From positions 7,473,095 through 7,537,094 of the forward strand of contig MU054391.1 in the NCBI GenBank assembly GCA_013239625.1: a stretch of DNA of 64,000 bases. Reading direction: 5' to 3'. Under the pieces are notes generated by a model that saw nothing but the letters and a program-made list of their open reading frames with translations, had not been told where the DNA came from and did no database searches. A program made the translations under genes and the position numbers. Of the stretch, positions 37,690-49,960 are shown in pieces (position 1 is the stretch's first letter; each line of letters begins with the position of its first letter). The DNA is from Lama guanicoe. Lineage: Eukaryota.

Positions 37690-38950
37690 CCAATATCATC
37701 AAGGAACAATGTCAACATGTTTTACTGATTTTCTGTACCAATTAGGGTACATATAATATATCCACTGTATATGTGCGGGTATCTTTCTGAGCTTTCTACT
37801 CTGTTCCATTGATCCATTGGCTGTCTCAGATCAGAGTCTCTGCCATGCCCTTTCTCATTCTCGTTACTGGTAATGTGTCTCTTTCTCTTTTGTCTTGTTG
37901 TCTGACAAGCACTGTATCAAATCTGTTGGTGTCTTCAGAGAATTGCCTTTGTTACATTAATTTTCTCCATTGACTTTTTTTCTATTTCATATTTCTGCTC
38001 TTGAATTTTTTTGTTTTACATTCTTCTGTTCTTCTATTTTCTGTGGACTTATTTTCCTCCTTTGTTTTTTTTTTTTTTAGGAGGAAACTTAGTTCATTAA
38101 CTTTTTACTTCTTTCCTAATACAGGCATATAACACTGCGCATTTCCCTCCAGGCACTATTCTAACAGCATCCCACAGTTTTTGATATGTTGTGTTTTCAT
38201 CATTAAGTTTAAATTATTCTAAAATGTTCCTTATTATTTCTTCTTTGAACTATAGGTTGTGTTGAAATTGTTTAATTTCCAAATATTTGGAATGTTTTAG
38301 ATACCTTTTCAGTATTGACTTGTAGCTTAATGATGTGGTTATAGACCATACTTTGACATTTTTGTCTCCTCTCTTTTCTTTATTCTGTGTTTGCAGAATT
38401 TCTTGCATTTGGATGTTAGACTTTCTAAACTAATCATCTAGTTGTCTCACTCAACTTCTATTATTTTCTTGTTTTTTATCTTTCTGTTTTATTTTCTGAG
38501 AGACTTCTTTTACTTTATCTTCCACAAGACACTGAAATTTTTATTAACATCATATCTCATTTGATACCATCTGATTTGATTTTTCATTTGATTTTTAACA
38601 TTCTAATTTTGTAACCTCTGTCTTGAAAGTGCAAATTCAGTTAATTTGTATCTTGTAATCACTTATATAACAGAATTTATATTTTCTATACTATATTATA
38701 GTTTCTATTATGTTTTCTGTTCTTTTATCTTCCTTTATGATTATTTTTTCTTAAGGGATTGAAGATTTAAAAAAAAGTTATATTTGTACATGTCTTCTAG
38801 TTTTGAAGTTATAACCACTGTTTGTATTCTGGTGGTTACTGTTAAAGTAGAGTGTGTATACTCAGCTTACAAAACGTATAGTTAAGTGTTCCCTCCACCA
38901 TCCTCCTCACTAGCAAGACTGCAGAATATTTCACCTCTGGTCACTATCCC
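37690..38950 (-). mobile_element. Old L1M fragments, antisense
   Basis: T-rich with ctttctactctgttccattgatc, gcatcccacagtttttgatatgttgtgttttcat and tttaatttccaaatatttgg. Confidence 0.6.
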
Positions 38951-39609
38951 TCCTCCACATATTATAATATTTTCTATGCTAATGAATTCTTAGAAGAGAC
39001 TTTTTTTTTAATACGACAAAGAAAAGTCCCTTGTCTGTCTTTATTGATGGGTGGGTATTATCTAGTTCATCATTTCTGTCAAGTTTTGGCCACTGAGAGT
39101 GCTGACTTGGGACGGTATGTCTCAGCTCCAGCTCCGCATCTTACCAGCCCAGCGAGCTGCCCACGGAGTTGTTGCATCTTCTGGGTCTGGCTTAATCAGG
39201 TCAGCAGTTGCTACTTCAGTAGCCTTGAATCCAGCCCAAAGCTCTAAGTTCCATCTCACTTTTTATTTTTGGCTTTTGCAATTTTACTTTTATTTTTTAA
39301 AACAAACTCAGCTGTATATTAAAAGGAATTTAAAACTTTTATCCTTTACTCTTAATGCTTGAACTGAGAGTTTTTTTTTTCAGTAAATCTTTTTGTGCAT
39401 GCATGACATACTGTAAAAAATAAAAATCTTACATTAACATTTTACTATTTTAATTTCTTTTATCTGTATTATTTCATTCTAATTATCTCAACTGTAGTTT
39501 TCTGGTGCTATCTGTTTTGATAATACTCCAATGGTTATGCAAACTAGTGGTCAGAAGAATTAATGCATAAACTGCTATATAAACTCTGAAGTACCATGTG
39601 ACATTTTTG

Positions 39610-39840
39610 TCACAAACATTTACCAAGAGTTTCCTGCATGTTAGACACTTTGCTAAGTTCTTTGCATATGCTAACTTTACTTTTCACAATGGCATTCACT
39701 CCTCACCAAGAATTGTAACACAGGAAGAAAGAGATCCATTTTCCAACAGCACCTCACCATGTGGAGGTCAAGCGGGCATTTGAATTCATGTCCACCTGAC
39801 TCCAAAATATAATATTTCCCCACTGTACTTCACAGTCTCC
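39610..39840 (-). mobile_element. MIR SINE
   Basis: agacactttgctaag...gcatttgaattcatgtccacctgactccaaa...ccactgtac. Confidence 0.65.
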
Positions 39841-41939
39841 CAGAAGGACTGCAGTGCTTTGAAATATTTGAAAAGGGCTTCTCTGTCCATCCCAAGGCAG
39901 GTTGCTCACAACTAAAACCACGAAAGAGCATTCTTATCTGAGTGCTTGGCAAAAAAGTTAATCCAAATGGCCACTGTTCTAGATAGTAACAGCTAAATAA
40001 TCATTTCCTAGTTTTGCCCTGAATTATTTTATTTAACACAAAAATCTAGCCACCTGCTGACAACATGTGGGAGGCATTTTGGGTAATTCAAAGGCATTTT
40101 GGTTAATTTATAGTCATGTGCTTCCATTTTTATATGGTAAATAACCAATCTACACATGAATAAATAATCATAAATAGGAGATTAAATTATGGGTGCTAGG
40201 GGTTTACAGCAGTACTTATTTTAAGCAACTTTCCCAATGAGAGATGGGTTATCTGGTCATGCCCAAGGAAGTCTGAGGGGCTTCTTAAAATATTTCTGAA
40301 ATAACACTTCTCCATCTGTCATAAAGCAGTGTGGATCCAAACAGGTGTAGGAGGCAGAGGTAAGCATTGTAGCTTTTGTTCCTAATTTTTCTTAAGAATG
40401 ATTAAGGAGTCCGGGTTCAGTAACCTCTTCATTGGAATCATTGGATTAGCTTGATGAAGCTTACCTAAACTTCCTTGTACCACGTCTTCTATGAATAGAC
40501 CTCTTTCAAACCCAAAGTGCAGCTTCCTCTTTTTCCAAGACTAACATTTGGGTTCTCCGATCACAAGTTCACTCTTCAGCAATTAAAGGTGATTCTGGCA
40601 GTTTCTCTTTCCACACTCCTACCTCTCCCATCCCCTTTGACATCCACCTTTTCCCCATTTGTTTCCGAACCGTTGCTAAAATAAAAGGATGAGTCATTCT
40701 TGCGGTGCTCAGATGGAAAACTCATGCAGATTTTCCAAGTATTGAAAAGCATACCGAGTAAATTATTAGAGAACTTCAGAGCTTAATGGAATCCTTTTTG
40801 ATGACTGGGAATCATTGCTCAATCAGCTTTAATGGAAAGACGGAGGCCTGTTTTATGCCACTGCCAAAGGCCGCATCCTCTGGGGATTTGACAGTCTGTT
40901 ACTAGCCATTCTAACTCACTTGTATTCAAAAACAAAAATGGAAAAACAAAACCCAAATTCTTACCCACCATCTTTTCCTTACAGATGATTATCGCATTCC
41001 GATGATTCTCATTTAGGGTTTCCTTAGGAGGAAGAATGAGGTTTGGACTTCTCAGGACGTTTGCTGCACGTCCACCCTGCACACAGAGCCTCTGCAGCTG
41101 GTGTTTAGGGCCATCATCTTCCTTAGCTGACGCCCTTGTTCACAGACCACGTCATATCCAGTTACTACTTTTGTTTATTTGTGTCTAGGGCTGGTGCCAT
41201 ATGAAAGGGCATGCAGGAACATAGAATAGTCATTTAATTACCTTAATGGAGAGATGGGAGATTAGGATTCAAGAAATTTCAATTTAAGGCCTTACAAGAT
41301 TCCTATCTGATGAGAAATGTGTCCTGGGAGCATCTCTGAACCTCATTTTTCTAATCTGTAACATGTGGCAAGTAGTACCTGACAGAGTGTCCCGAGAATT
41401 AAATGGTATATGCAGGAGTTAGAAAAGCTGATGGCATCTGGACCAGAAGGGGTAGGGAGAGGCTGTGAGCAAAAAGACCCACTGAGCCTGCTCAGTTATT
41501 TCACAATAAAACTCATGATTTAGAGAATGTAAACATTTAAGCTCTATTCTTCATAATACACACGACATTCATGATGCTAGTGTGTCTTAGTTGTCTAGTT
41601 ACATCTCCCCCATGTAACACCCACTATCCATAGCAATTTTTCACAATATCATCTTACATGTGAGCTTATTACATCCAAACATTTCCCAGAAACAGAAAAA
41701 AGATCTTGAGAGTCCTCAGATAGGTCCTCAGAGACGATTCATTTCACACTTTTCAGTGATGAGGAGCTTATCTGCAGAGCAGCCCTAATTCACGGCAGAG
41801 TTTTTATAATTTTCAAGCATTATATTTTCTTGGGTATTACCTGGACTATCTTAAAACATGTTTTGCACAGCCATCTCCATGTTTTATTTGCACTTGTAAT
41901 TCTTTGCACTCTGTAATTCTTATAACATTCCTTTCACGC

Positions 41940-42048
41940 AGGATTTCCAGGTAAAATATTACATATTTACACTAAAATTTTTTGTCTTCTTTATCTGAAA
42001 TTCAAAGTTAATTGTCTTGCATTTTTTGGCTAAATCTAGCAAATTCAG
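41940..42048. mobile_element. MER53-like hAT MITE, one arm
   Basis: tttatctgaaattcaaagttaa...gctaaatctagcaa. Confidence 0.6.
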
Positions 42049-42094
42049 GGTAGTTTCCAAAATATTAACTGTTTTACTAGCTTCCTCTGGTTTG

Positions 42095-42220
42095 TCTTTT
42101 AGGATTCAGATGTACGTGGTTTCAAGTCTCAGTTCTATCATTTATAAGCTACGTGATCTTGGACAAAGTACATTGTCTCTCTGTGCCTCCGTTTTAGCTT
42201 CTATAAAATAGGCAAAACGC
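42095..42220 (+). mobile_element. MIR SINE (5' half)
   Basis: ggtttcaagtctcagttctatcattta...gtgatcttggacaa...tctctgtgcctccgtttt. Confidence 0.7.
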
Positions 42221-42724
42221 CTCTAAGAGCAAAACTACACCTGCTCACCAATATCTGTGCAATCTCTTCTTCCGGGGCACACAGCCAGACTCGACTCCTT
42301 GGCTTCTCTTACAAGTAGGAATCCCGTTTGGTTGGCTTTCAGACAAAAGACTGGGAGCAGCAGTGTGCATGCCACCTGGGTGATGGCTTTTTGTGGAGGA
42401 AGCCCCTGTTACACTCTCTGTTCCTCCTTTTGTGGGCCAGGTTCAGGGGCAATGAGATCTCAGGGGTTAGTGGAGCCTTAGAATGAAAGAAGCCTGGGTC
42501 TCTGGGTCACCGTGGGAAAAACCAAACACAACCCAACCCAACCCAAAAGTTTACATACCAGAAACACTGGTACTCTTTCTATGAGGAAGAAACACACTTC
42601 TCTTGTGTTGTACCCCTAAAATTTGGAGGTTAATTTGTCTCAGCTGCTACTATTACCGTAACTAACATAAAAATTGCCACTGGGAAAAATGCTGCCTTAG
42701 GAGATACGAAAAACAGATGATATT

Positions 42725-43420
42725 CTGTGGAAAAAATACAGAGGTTTCTCAAAAAACAAGTAGTAGAAATTTCATATGACCCAGCCATTCCATGGCTGGC
42801 TGTCTATCTGAAGAAAAACAAAAACACTAATTAAAAAAGATCTATGTACCTCAGTGTTCATAGCATCATTATTTACAATAGCCAAGACACGGAAACAACT
42901 GAAGTGTCCATTAGTCAGATGACTGGATAAAGAAGATATGAGACATATATACACACACACATCTACGCACATACAATGCAGTCCTACTCAGCCATAAAAA
43001 AAAAGAATAAAATTTTGCATTTGCAACAACACAGATGGAGTTGGAGGGTATTATGCTAAGTGAAATAAATCAGACAGAGAAAGACAATACTGTGTGATAC
43101 TAATATGTGGAATCTCAAAAATGAAACAAACTGGTGAATAAAACAAACAAACAAAAAAACAGACTCACAGATACAGGGAACAAACTAGTGGCTACAACTG
43201 AGGAGAGGGAAAAGGAGCGGGGCATTGCAGGGGCAGGGGATTAAGAGGTACAAACTATTATGTATAAGTAAGTTACAAGGCTATATTGTACAACACAGGG
43301 GACAGAGCCAGTATTTTACAATGACTATAAATGGAGCATAACCTTTAAAGATTGTGAATCACTATATTGTATACCTGTAACATGTAATATTTTACATCAA
43401 CTATACGTCAATAAAAAACA
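42725..43420 (+). mobile_element. L1 ORF2 end plus 3'UTR, nested in MLT-int
   Basis: catatgacccagccattcc...atttacaatagccaagacacgga...gtgaaataaatcagacagagaaagac; AATAAA at 43410. Confidence 0.92.
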
Positions 43421-44101
43421 AAGCAAAATTGGTGGCCTTGACTTAGTGATCGGGCAGGCCTAACGATAAACAGTTTTCACGCCAAAATACTATCCTTTTC
43501 ATGTGATTAAGCAGTTGCCTGGAAATAGACCACGTTCTTACTGACCTGAATCTCTAAAGAAAGGAATTAGAAAGAAGCACAGTGTCAGTGTTTTTGGCCC
43601 TGACTTTGTAGTAAGGTTACAAGAAGAAGATGAACCCAGGAAAGGACTGCCTGGTTTGAAAGCAGAAACATTGAGGATCTAGAGTTCAGAAACATGGTTC
43701 TTGTGAGGTTGAAAAGAGAATGGAGTCTGGACCCCAGAGAGAATTCTAGGGAAGGCTATCTGCAAAAAAAAAAAAAAAAAAAAACCCAAGAAGACTACCC
43801 AAAAAAAAAAATAGGGAAAAGAATCGGCAAAAAAAAAAAAAAAAAAAATCCATGAAGTCTACCCAGCTAAGCACAGGGATCAGACCTATGATGAAGTCCT
43901 CATTAAGGGTTAATAAAGCATTTCTGCTCAAGCCTGTTGTTCCAGATGATTCCATGGTATTGAATATGAATTTGAGAGACATAGGAAAGGGTGTTAGGAA
44001 ACAAAGAGATAAGGCAAGCGTGATTATCACATCTGGGAAAAAGTTAAGTCTTTTACAGGGAACTGATTGATAGAAAATAAATCAGAAACTTTTTCAGGAA
44101 C

Positions 44102-44496
44102 TGTATTAGCTTGCTAGGACTGCCCTAATAAAGGGCTACAAACTGAGATGCGTAAATAACAGAAATTTATTATCTCACAATTCTGGAGACTGAAGGTCCC
44201 AAACAAGGGGTTAGCTGGGTTGGTTTCTCTGAGGGCTGTGAGGAAAGATCTGCTCCAGGCCACTTCTTCTGGCTTGTGGACGACTTTCTTCAGCTTCACA
44301 TGGCGTTCTCCTGCATGCAAGTCTGTGTCCAGTGTCCCCTTTTTATAAGGACACAGGCCAGGTTGGATTAAAGCCCACCCTAATGACCTTAATTTAACTT
44401 GTGACGACCCTGTCTCCAAATAAGGTCACGTTCTGTGGTATTGGGGGCTAGAATTTCAACATATGAATTTGGGGCGACACAATTCAATGGGTAACA
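44102..44496 (-). mobile_element. MLT1B-like solo LTR, nested in MLT-int
   Basis: TGTATTAG...aacagaaatttattatctcacaattctggag...gcccaccctaatgacctt...acacaattcaa...AACA. Confidence 0.88.
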
Positions 44497-44502
44497 GGGA
44501 AT

Positions 44503-45020
44503 TCTTTTCCTCAGTTTTATTGAGTTATGATTGACAGACAGCACTGGATAAGTTTAAGAAGCACAGCGTAATGACATGACTTATACATATCATGAAATAT
44601 TATGACAGTAAGTTCAGTGAACATCCACCATCTCTTAAAGATGCGAAATTAAAGAAACACAAAAAGATTTTCCTTTGATGAGAATCCCTAGGATTTACTC
44701 TCTCAATAGCTTCCCTGTATGACATACAGCAGTGCTCGTTATATTTGTCATGTTGCACAGTACTAGCACTCATTTATGTTGTAACTGGAAGTTGTTTCTT
44801 TTGACTACCTTCATCCAGTCCCCCCTTCTTCTATGCCCTGCTTCTGGTGACCACAAATCTGATCTCTTTCTGTGAGTCTGTTTGTTTGTTTTTGAAATAT
44901 AATGGACCTGACAACATAGTGATTCAGTATTTCTACACATTTCAAAAATGACCGCTCTGAGAAATCTAAGGACTCTATGTCACTCCTACAAGGATAGTTG
45001 TTGACTACAGTCCCCATTCC
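44503..45020 (-). mobile_element. L1 3'UTR (older artiodactyl/L1MA-type), nested in MLT-int
   Basis: cagttttattgagttatgattgaca...taggatttactctctc...tctggtgaccacaaatctgatctc. Confidence 0.8.
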
Positions 45021-45416
45021 AGAACAGAAACTTTTAAAGACGATTGTACTGCCAAAGAAACAATCATCCTGGGTGTTAAAAATAAAAACAAAATCTCTGT
45101 GACTATAAAGCAACGTTTGGGTCCCAAAGTTTGCAAAAGCAGAAAGCATACAGCAAAATCTCTTCAGCTGCCAACACACTCATATGACCGTGGAAGATAA
45201 TGGACAACGAACCACATCCCACAAGCCAGAGCCAGGGCTGTGGAGAAAAACTGAAAAGAGGAATCCTCCCAGGATGTCTATCCAGAGTCTGTTCCCACGG
45301 AACCTTCCTCATCGGCCTGAGCCAGGATCTCCACCTGCCGGCAGGATTCCACTGTGACTGCGGGCTGGTGAGAGCCTCGTATCTCCTGTTCTTCTCTTTA
45401 TAAACGGGACTTTTGT

Positions 45417-46276
45417 CTGGTGTGAGGTGATACCTCATTGTAGTTTTGATTTGCATTTCTCTGATAATTAGTGATATTGAGCATTTTTTCTTGTGCCTTT
45501 TGATCATTTGTATGTCTTCCTTGGAGAATTGCTTGTTTAGTTTAGNNNNNNNNNNNNNNNNNNNNNNNNNNNNNNNNNNNNNNNNNNNNNNNNNNNNNNN
45601 NNNNNNNNNNNNNNNNNNNNNNNNNNNNNNNNNNNNNNNNNNNNNNNNNNNNNNNNNNNNNNNNNNNNNNNNNNNNNNNNNNNNNNNNNNNNNNNNNNNN
45701 NNNNNNNNNNNNNNNNNNNNNNNNNNNNNNNNNNNNNNNNNNNNNNNNNNNNNNNNNNNNNNNNNNNNNNNNNNNNNNNNNNNNNNNNNNNNNNNNNNNN
45801 TAGCCAAAACATGGAAACAGCCTAAATGTCCATCAATAGGTGACTGGATAAAGAAGATGTGGTATATTTATACAATGGAATACTACTCAGCCATAAAAAC
45901 CGACAACATAACGCCATTTGCAGCAACATGGATGCTCCTAGAGGATGTCATTCTAAGTGAAGTAAGCCAGAAAGAGAAAGAAAGATCACTCATATGTGGA
46001 ATCTAAAGACTCATGGACAGAGAATACAGACTTGTGGTTACCAGGGGGGTAGAGGGTGGGAAGGGATAGACTGGGATTTCAAAATTGTAGAATAGATAAA
46101 CAAGATTACACTGTATAGCACAGGGAAATATACACAAAATGTTATGATAAATCACAGAGAAAAAATGTGACAATGAGTGTGTATATGTCCATGAATGACT
46201 GAAAAATTGTGCTGAATACTGGAATTTGACACAACATTGTAAAATGATTATAAATCAATAAAAAATGTTAAAAAAA
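45417..46276 (+). mobile_element. Young 5'-inverted L1 spanning the assembly gap, with a perfect 17-bp TSD
   Basis: Antisense ORF2 piece at 45417-45545 (FSKEDIQM...MRYHLTP), then sense AKTWKQPKCP...3'UTR and A tail from 45801. TSD ATAAACGGGACTTTTGT at 45400-45416 and 46277-46293. Confidence 0.92.
45546..45800. other. Assembly gap (255 N)
   Basis: Run of N bases. Confidence 1.
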
Positions 46277-46290
46277 ATAAACGGGACTTT

Positions 46291-46807
46291 TGTAACAGAG
46301 AAGAACAGATCTGACTCCAGATGGGATCTATTCCTTTAGCTCTAGCTTTTTGCTCTGTTTCCTGTGCTTAGTCCTGCTGCCTCTGCACCTTTGTAAAAGG
46401 ATGTTGTCTAGAGCCTGAAATCTACAGGACAGCCCATTCTCAAGGCTCTGACCTCTAAAAGTATAACTCTTTTCCATTTATGCAGATATGAAAAGTTGCA
46501 GAACAGAGAATAACATTTGTCTTGTTGGAGGTTTACAAGAACATTGTGACCAGAACTACACAGACAGGTATAAGAACAAAGAATTCTGGCACCAAGAAGT
46601 TTATAATTACCAGCCACATCCTCTCCTCTTTTAGTTTAAAAGAAGTGTGAATTCTAACTTGGGTAAGATGGTTCTTTGGGACACTAGTCCACCATCTTCT
46701 TGGTCTGTGGGTTTTCCAAGTAAAGTTGCTATCCCTTACCCCAACAACTCATCTCTTGATTTACTGGCCTGTCATGTGGCGAGCAGTATGAGCTTGGACC
46801 CCGTAAC
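46291..46807 (+). mobile_element. Complete solo ERV LTR (probably ERV1 class)
   Basis: TGTAACA...GTAACA termini, degenerate TATA (tttaaaa) and agtaaa polyA-like signal; homologous to 11141-11557. Confidence 0.85.
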
Positions 46808-47689
46808 AGCCTCACTGTGGTTATACTGGAGCGGCTACACTCTGGTGTATTGGATGTGTTTGGAGGAGGGATGCCTGCTCTTCTTAGCTCATAGGTTGCC
46901 AGACTGTGAGGAGCCGCCCCTGGACTTGATGGAGAGGTCTCTGGATCTGGCCGTCGTGGACTCTGAGCTGACGGTGCTGTTAGTCATGGTGATGCATCTC
47001 TGGGTAGTAAGAAGGGTGCATCACAGATACACTGGTCGGAGGGTGTGTGGGGACAGAAGTTGCTTACTGTTCATCAAGATCAGTGTTTTCCTTGACGTCC
47101 TCCAGTCTCAGTATCAGTGAAACAGCTGCGTAAGAGTTTGAGCCTGTGGAATGTAAGTGGAAGCTTTGTGTACTATCTGAGCCACAGCTTTTAAGATATG
47201 AAAATCTCTTTTATGCGCTCAGTTCTCCTTCCACAACCAACATACTGAAAATGACTTGGCCCAGGGGAGTTTAAAATGGAGGGAGCCTGGATCCTTGAAA
47301 CACCACGGCGAGGAAAGCTATTCTCAAACCAAAATTGTAGTATTGGACTGTCACTTGAAAGAGAAGTAAAGTTCTGTTTTTCCAAGTTGTGATATTGGGG
47401 GATTTATCTGTTATAGTTGGTAGCGTTTCTCTACCTAGCACTTCTGTCTAATTTTAAGGCGCCTTCAGACATAATATATGATTCTACAGCAAGTTTAAAG
47501 GACTGTGACATACCTGAAAAAAAAAATTAGCAAGCCTGTGATTTATTGTACCAGAAATTTTCTAGCTGCTTTGCAAAATACTTACTCTCAAAAATGAAAG
47601 ATCACAATGATATCTGAGCATCTAACAGGTCAGGGATGCTGCTGTTAATTTTTCCTGGCATTCAAAGTTCAACCCAGCCCAAGGAAACA

Positions 47690-48150
47690 GAATTATACAA
47701 TGTCAGACAGGAAGGGACCTACAAGTTAGCAGACATCTTCATTTTACAGATGAGGAAAGTAGAATCAGGGAGGTTAAATGCATTTGCCTAAGTTTAAACC
47801 ACTAGTCAGTGATAAAGATTGAATATTGATCCAGAATTTGCTGCAAAGATTCATGCACGCATCTGTACAACTCTGTGTGTGTCATTTTCAAATATTATTA
47901 TCCACACTGCTAATCTTTCTCTGTCCGTCTGGTCTTGCAGTCAGGCAAAATCAGACTTAACTCAGCCACCTATCTGTTGTGTGGCTTTGAGGAAGTCATT
48001 CACTGTCTCTGGGCCTCTGGCGCCTCATCTCTCATGTCTGTGTAGTGATAGCCAGCATATAAACTTGTCCTGGGAATAACAATGTGATCATGCATGTAAA
48101 ACACAAAAACACACAGCTTTCTAGATAATGAATAATTACTGTCATCACGA
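47690..48150. mobile_element. Two MIR fragments in opposite orientation
   Basis: cattttacagatgaggaaa...aggttaaatgcatttgcctaag on the minus strand; ctgttgtgtggctttgaggaagtcattcactgtctctgggcctc on the plus strand. Confidence 0.7.
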
Positions 48151-48599
48151 TGAAGATGGTTTTAGAACAGGAATGTTCTTGGTTATATGTCTCATCTGTG
48201 AGGAGGGATAGGGGAAAACTTAGATTATCACACACCTTTACCATCTATAGTAGAATTTCATAGTGTTATAATAAAGGGACAGTCTTTGTCTATTTCTCCT
48301 TCAGTCTAATTGCAACAGATGGACTAACCACAGAATCTTTCCATAAATAAGGAAAAGAATTCCACCCAAAAATGGAAGTAGCAGAATTTATCCCTTATAT
48401 CTTTGAAAACAGGAAGGTTACAGACATAGTGTTACGATGAGATGCCATGGTCTGGACTAGGAGGTCTCAGAATTTAACCTTACAAAATTACAAATGAGGA
48501 AAGCTCAAAAGAATGTATGTAACAGAGATGAACACAAATGGAATGTAAATTCTTTTTTCAAGCTCTGGTAAGAGATGAGGTTAGAAAAATCAAAAGTAC

Positions 48600-48810
48600 T
48601 ACGTATGATATTTCACAGTTCACAAGGCATTTTTCACGTTCATGATCTTTTTTAAGACTACCTACAAGTCTGTGAAATTAGGATTGATTCTTATCCCTGT
48701 TTTACACATGAAGACTTTGAGGTTCATGAATTTCAAATGACTAGTCCAAAGCTACCTACCTAGTAATTCCTAGAACTGGGATGGAGCTCAGATTGATTCC
48801 AAGAATCCTC
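48600..48810 (-). mobile_element. MIR SINE
   Basis: cagttcacaaggcatttttcac...tatccctgttttacacatgaagac...ctagaactggga. Confidence 0.7.
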
Positions 48811-49714
48811 TGTGTTTTCTGTTAATAGATCATTATCTCGCTAAATACATAGTCTTTTAATAGATGAGAAAGCTTTGGTGAAGTGGGTTTGAGCAGCAGT
48901 TGAAACTCTTGATGAAAGACGAACATTCATTTAAGAACTCAATCCATGTATGAAAATGAAATAAACCATGTGGACAGAGGGAAGGCACTGAGAAGGAGAA
49001 AGACTTGCTTGTTAGGAAGAGAATTCTGGTCACAAAAGTGTGTGATTGCTTATGAGTTAATTATGAGCAAAAAGTATCATATAAAACCTTATTTACTAAG
49101 ATAGCCATCAGTGCTCTTTTAGCATCAGTAGGTTCTAGACCACCTGTCTTTCACAGTCCTACTTATTAAGATTTTAAATTATTATTAGCACTAAATAGTC
49201 TTAAAATAATGTCTCTTACCTCACTCTCCACTCTCCCAGGTGTGCCCTCCTCTCTGCTCACCAGTCTATTCACCGGACCTCTTAGGAGGTACCGGTCTCA
49301 CTCACCTCAACACCTTCCCAGCAGGACACACGCAGCAGAAGTGCTGTTGTGCTCTTGTTTACTCTGCGTCTCTTATCCCTTCTCACCTGTATTAGGTGCT
49401 TAACCGAGGCTTGATGTAGACTTAATCTAATCTATTTTCCCATATCCCACAAAATTACTTACTGCTCCTCTCAGCTCAGCTCCTGTGACACTGTCTATCA
49501 TCTGTAATAGATCTATAAAATCGCCTGTTCATTTGTCTCTTTTGTTGACTTCAAGATCAGATAATTGCACTTTTTTTTTGAGACAAAGCTGAATGTTTAT
49601 TTAGAGTGAAAAAAGAAATCACAAGTTAAATCACTAAAAAGCTGAAATATACCACTAGTAACACCGAATCTGGAAAAATAATAGCCTATTTTTATTTATT
49701 TGTGTTTATTTTTT

Positions 49715-49960
49715 AGGAGTCTGCTCAAATATTATCTCCTCATCACCTATACAGAGGAAGTAAGTAGCCCCTTTTTCACCTGTTTCCATCCCTTTACTCT
49801 GTTTTCTTTTATTCCATAGACTTTTATTTGCTTATTGTCTTTCTTCCCCATTAGAATGTAAACCCTAAGATGGCAAAAACATTTTCTGTCTAGTTAATCA
49901 TTTTTTCCAACACCCAGAACATGGTAAGAGCTCAGGGCATGTCTTTTGGGTAAATGTTGA
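49715..49960 (+). mobile_element. L2 3' region
   Basis: ctgctcaaatattatctcctca...ttattgtctttcttccccattagaatgtaaacc...caacacccagaaca. Confidence 0.7.

Larger units (their letters stand above)
42230..47445 (+). mobile_element. MLT1 (I/J-like) MaLR provirus remnant: 5' LTR ~42230-42669, fragmented internal region, 3' LTR ~47050-47445
   Basis: Both LTRs share agcctgg(g/a)tc and similar 3' ends. The internal start aaaattgccactgggaaaaatgctgc follows the 5' LTR. MLT-int motifs recur at 43430-44100, 45020-45410 and 46808-47045. Confidence 0.7.

Noticed and set aside
45103..46006. Longest ORFs in the track (234 and 186 aa)
   Set aside because: They read through the N gap; the real residues are L1 ORF2 C-terminal fragments.
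11141..46807. The two homologous LTRs as ends of one provirus
   Set aside because: They are 35 kb apart and visibly diverged, with no gag/pol/env or primer-binding site between them and older repeats intervening.
46647..47120. 157-aa ORF
   Set aside because: It crosses the ERV LTR, MLT-int and MLT LTR boundaries and has no recognisable domain; a chance ORF.
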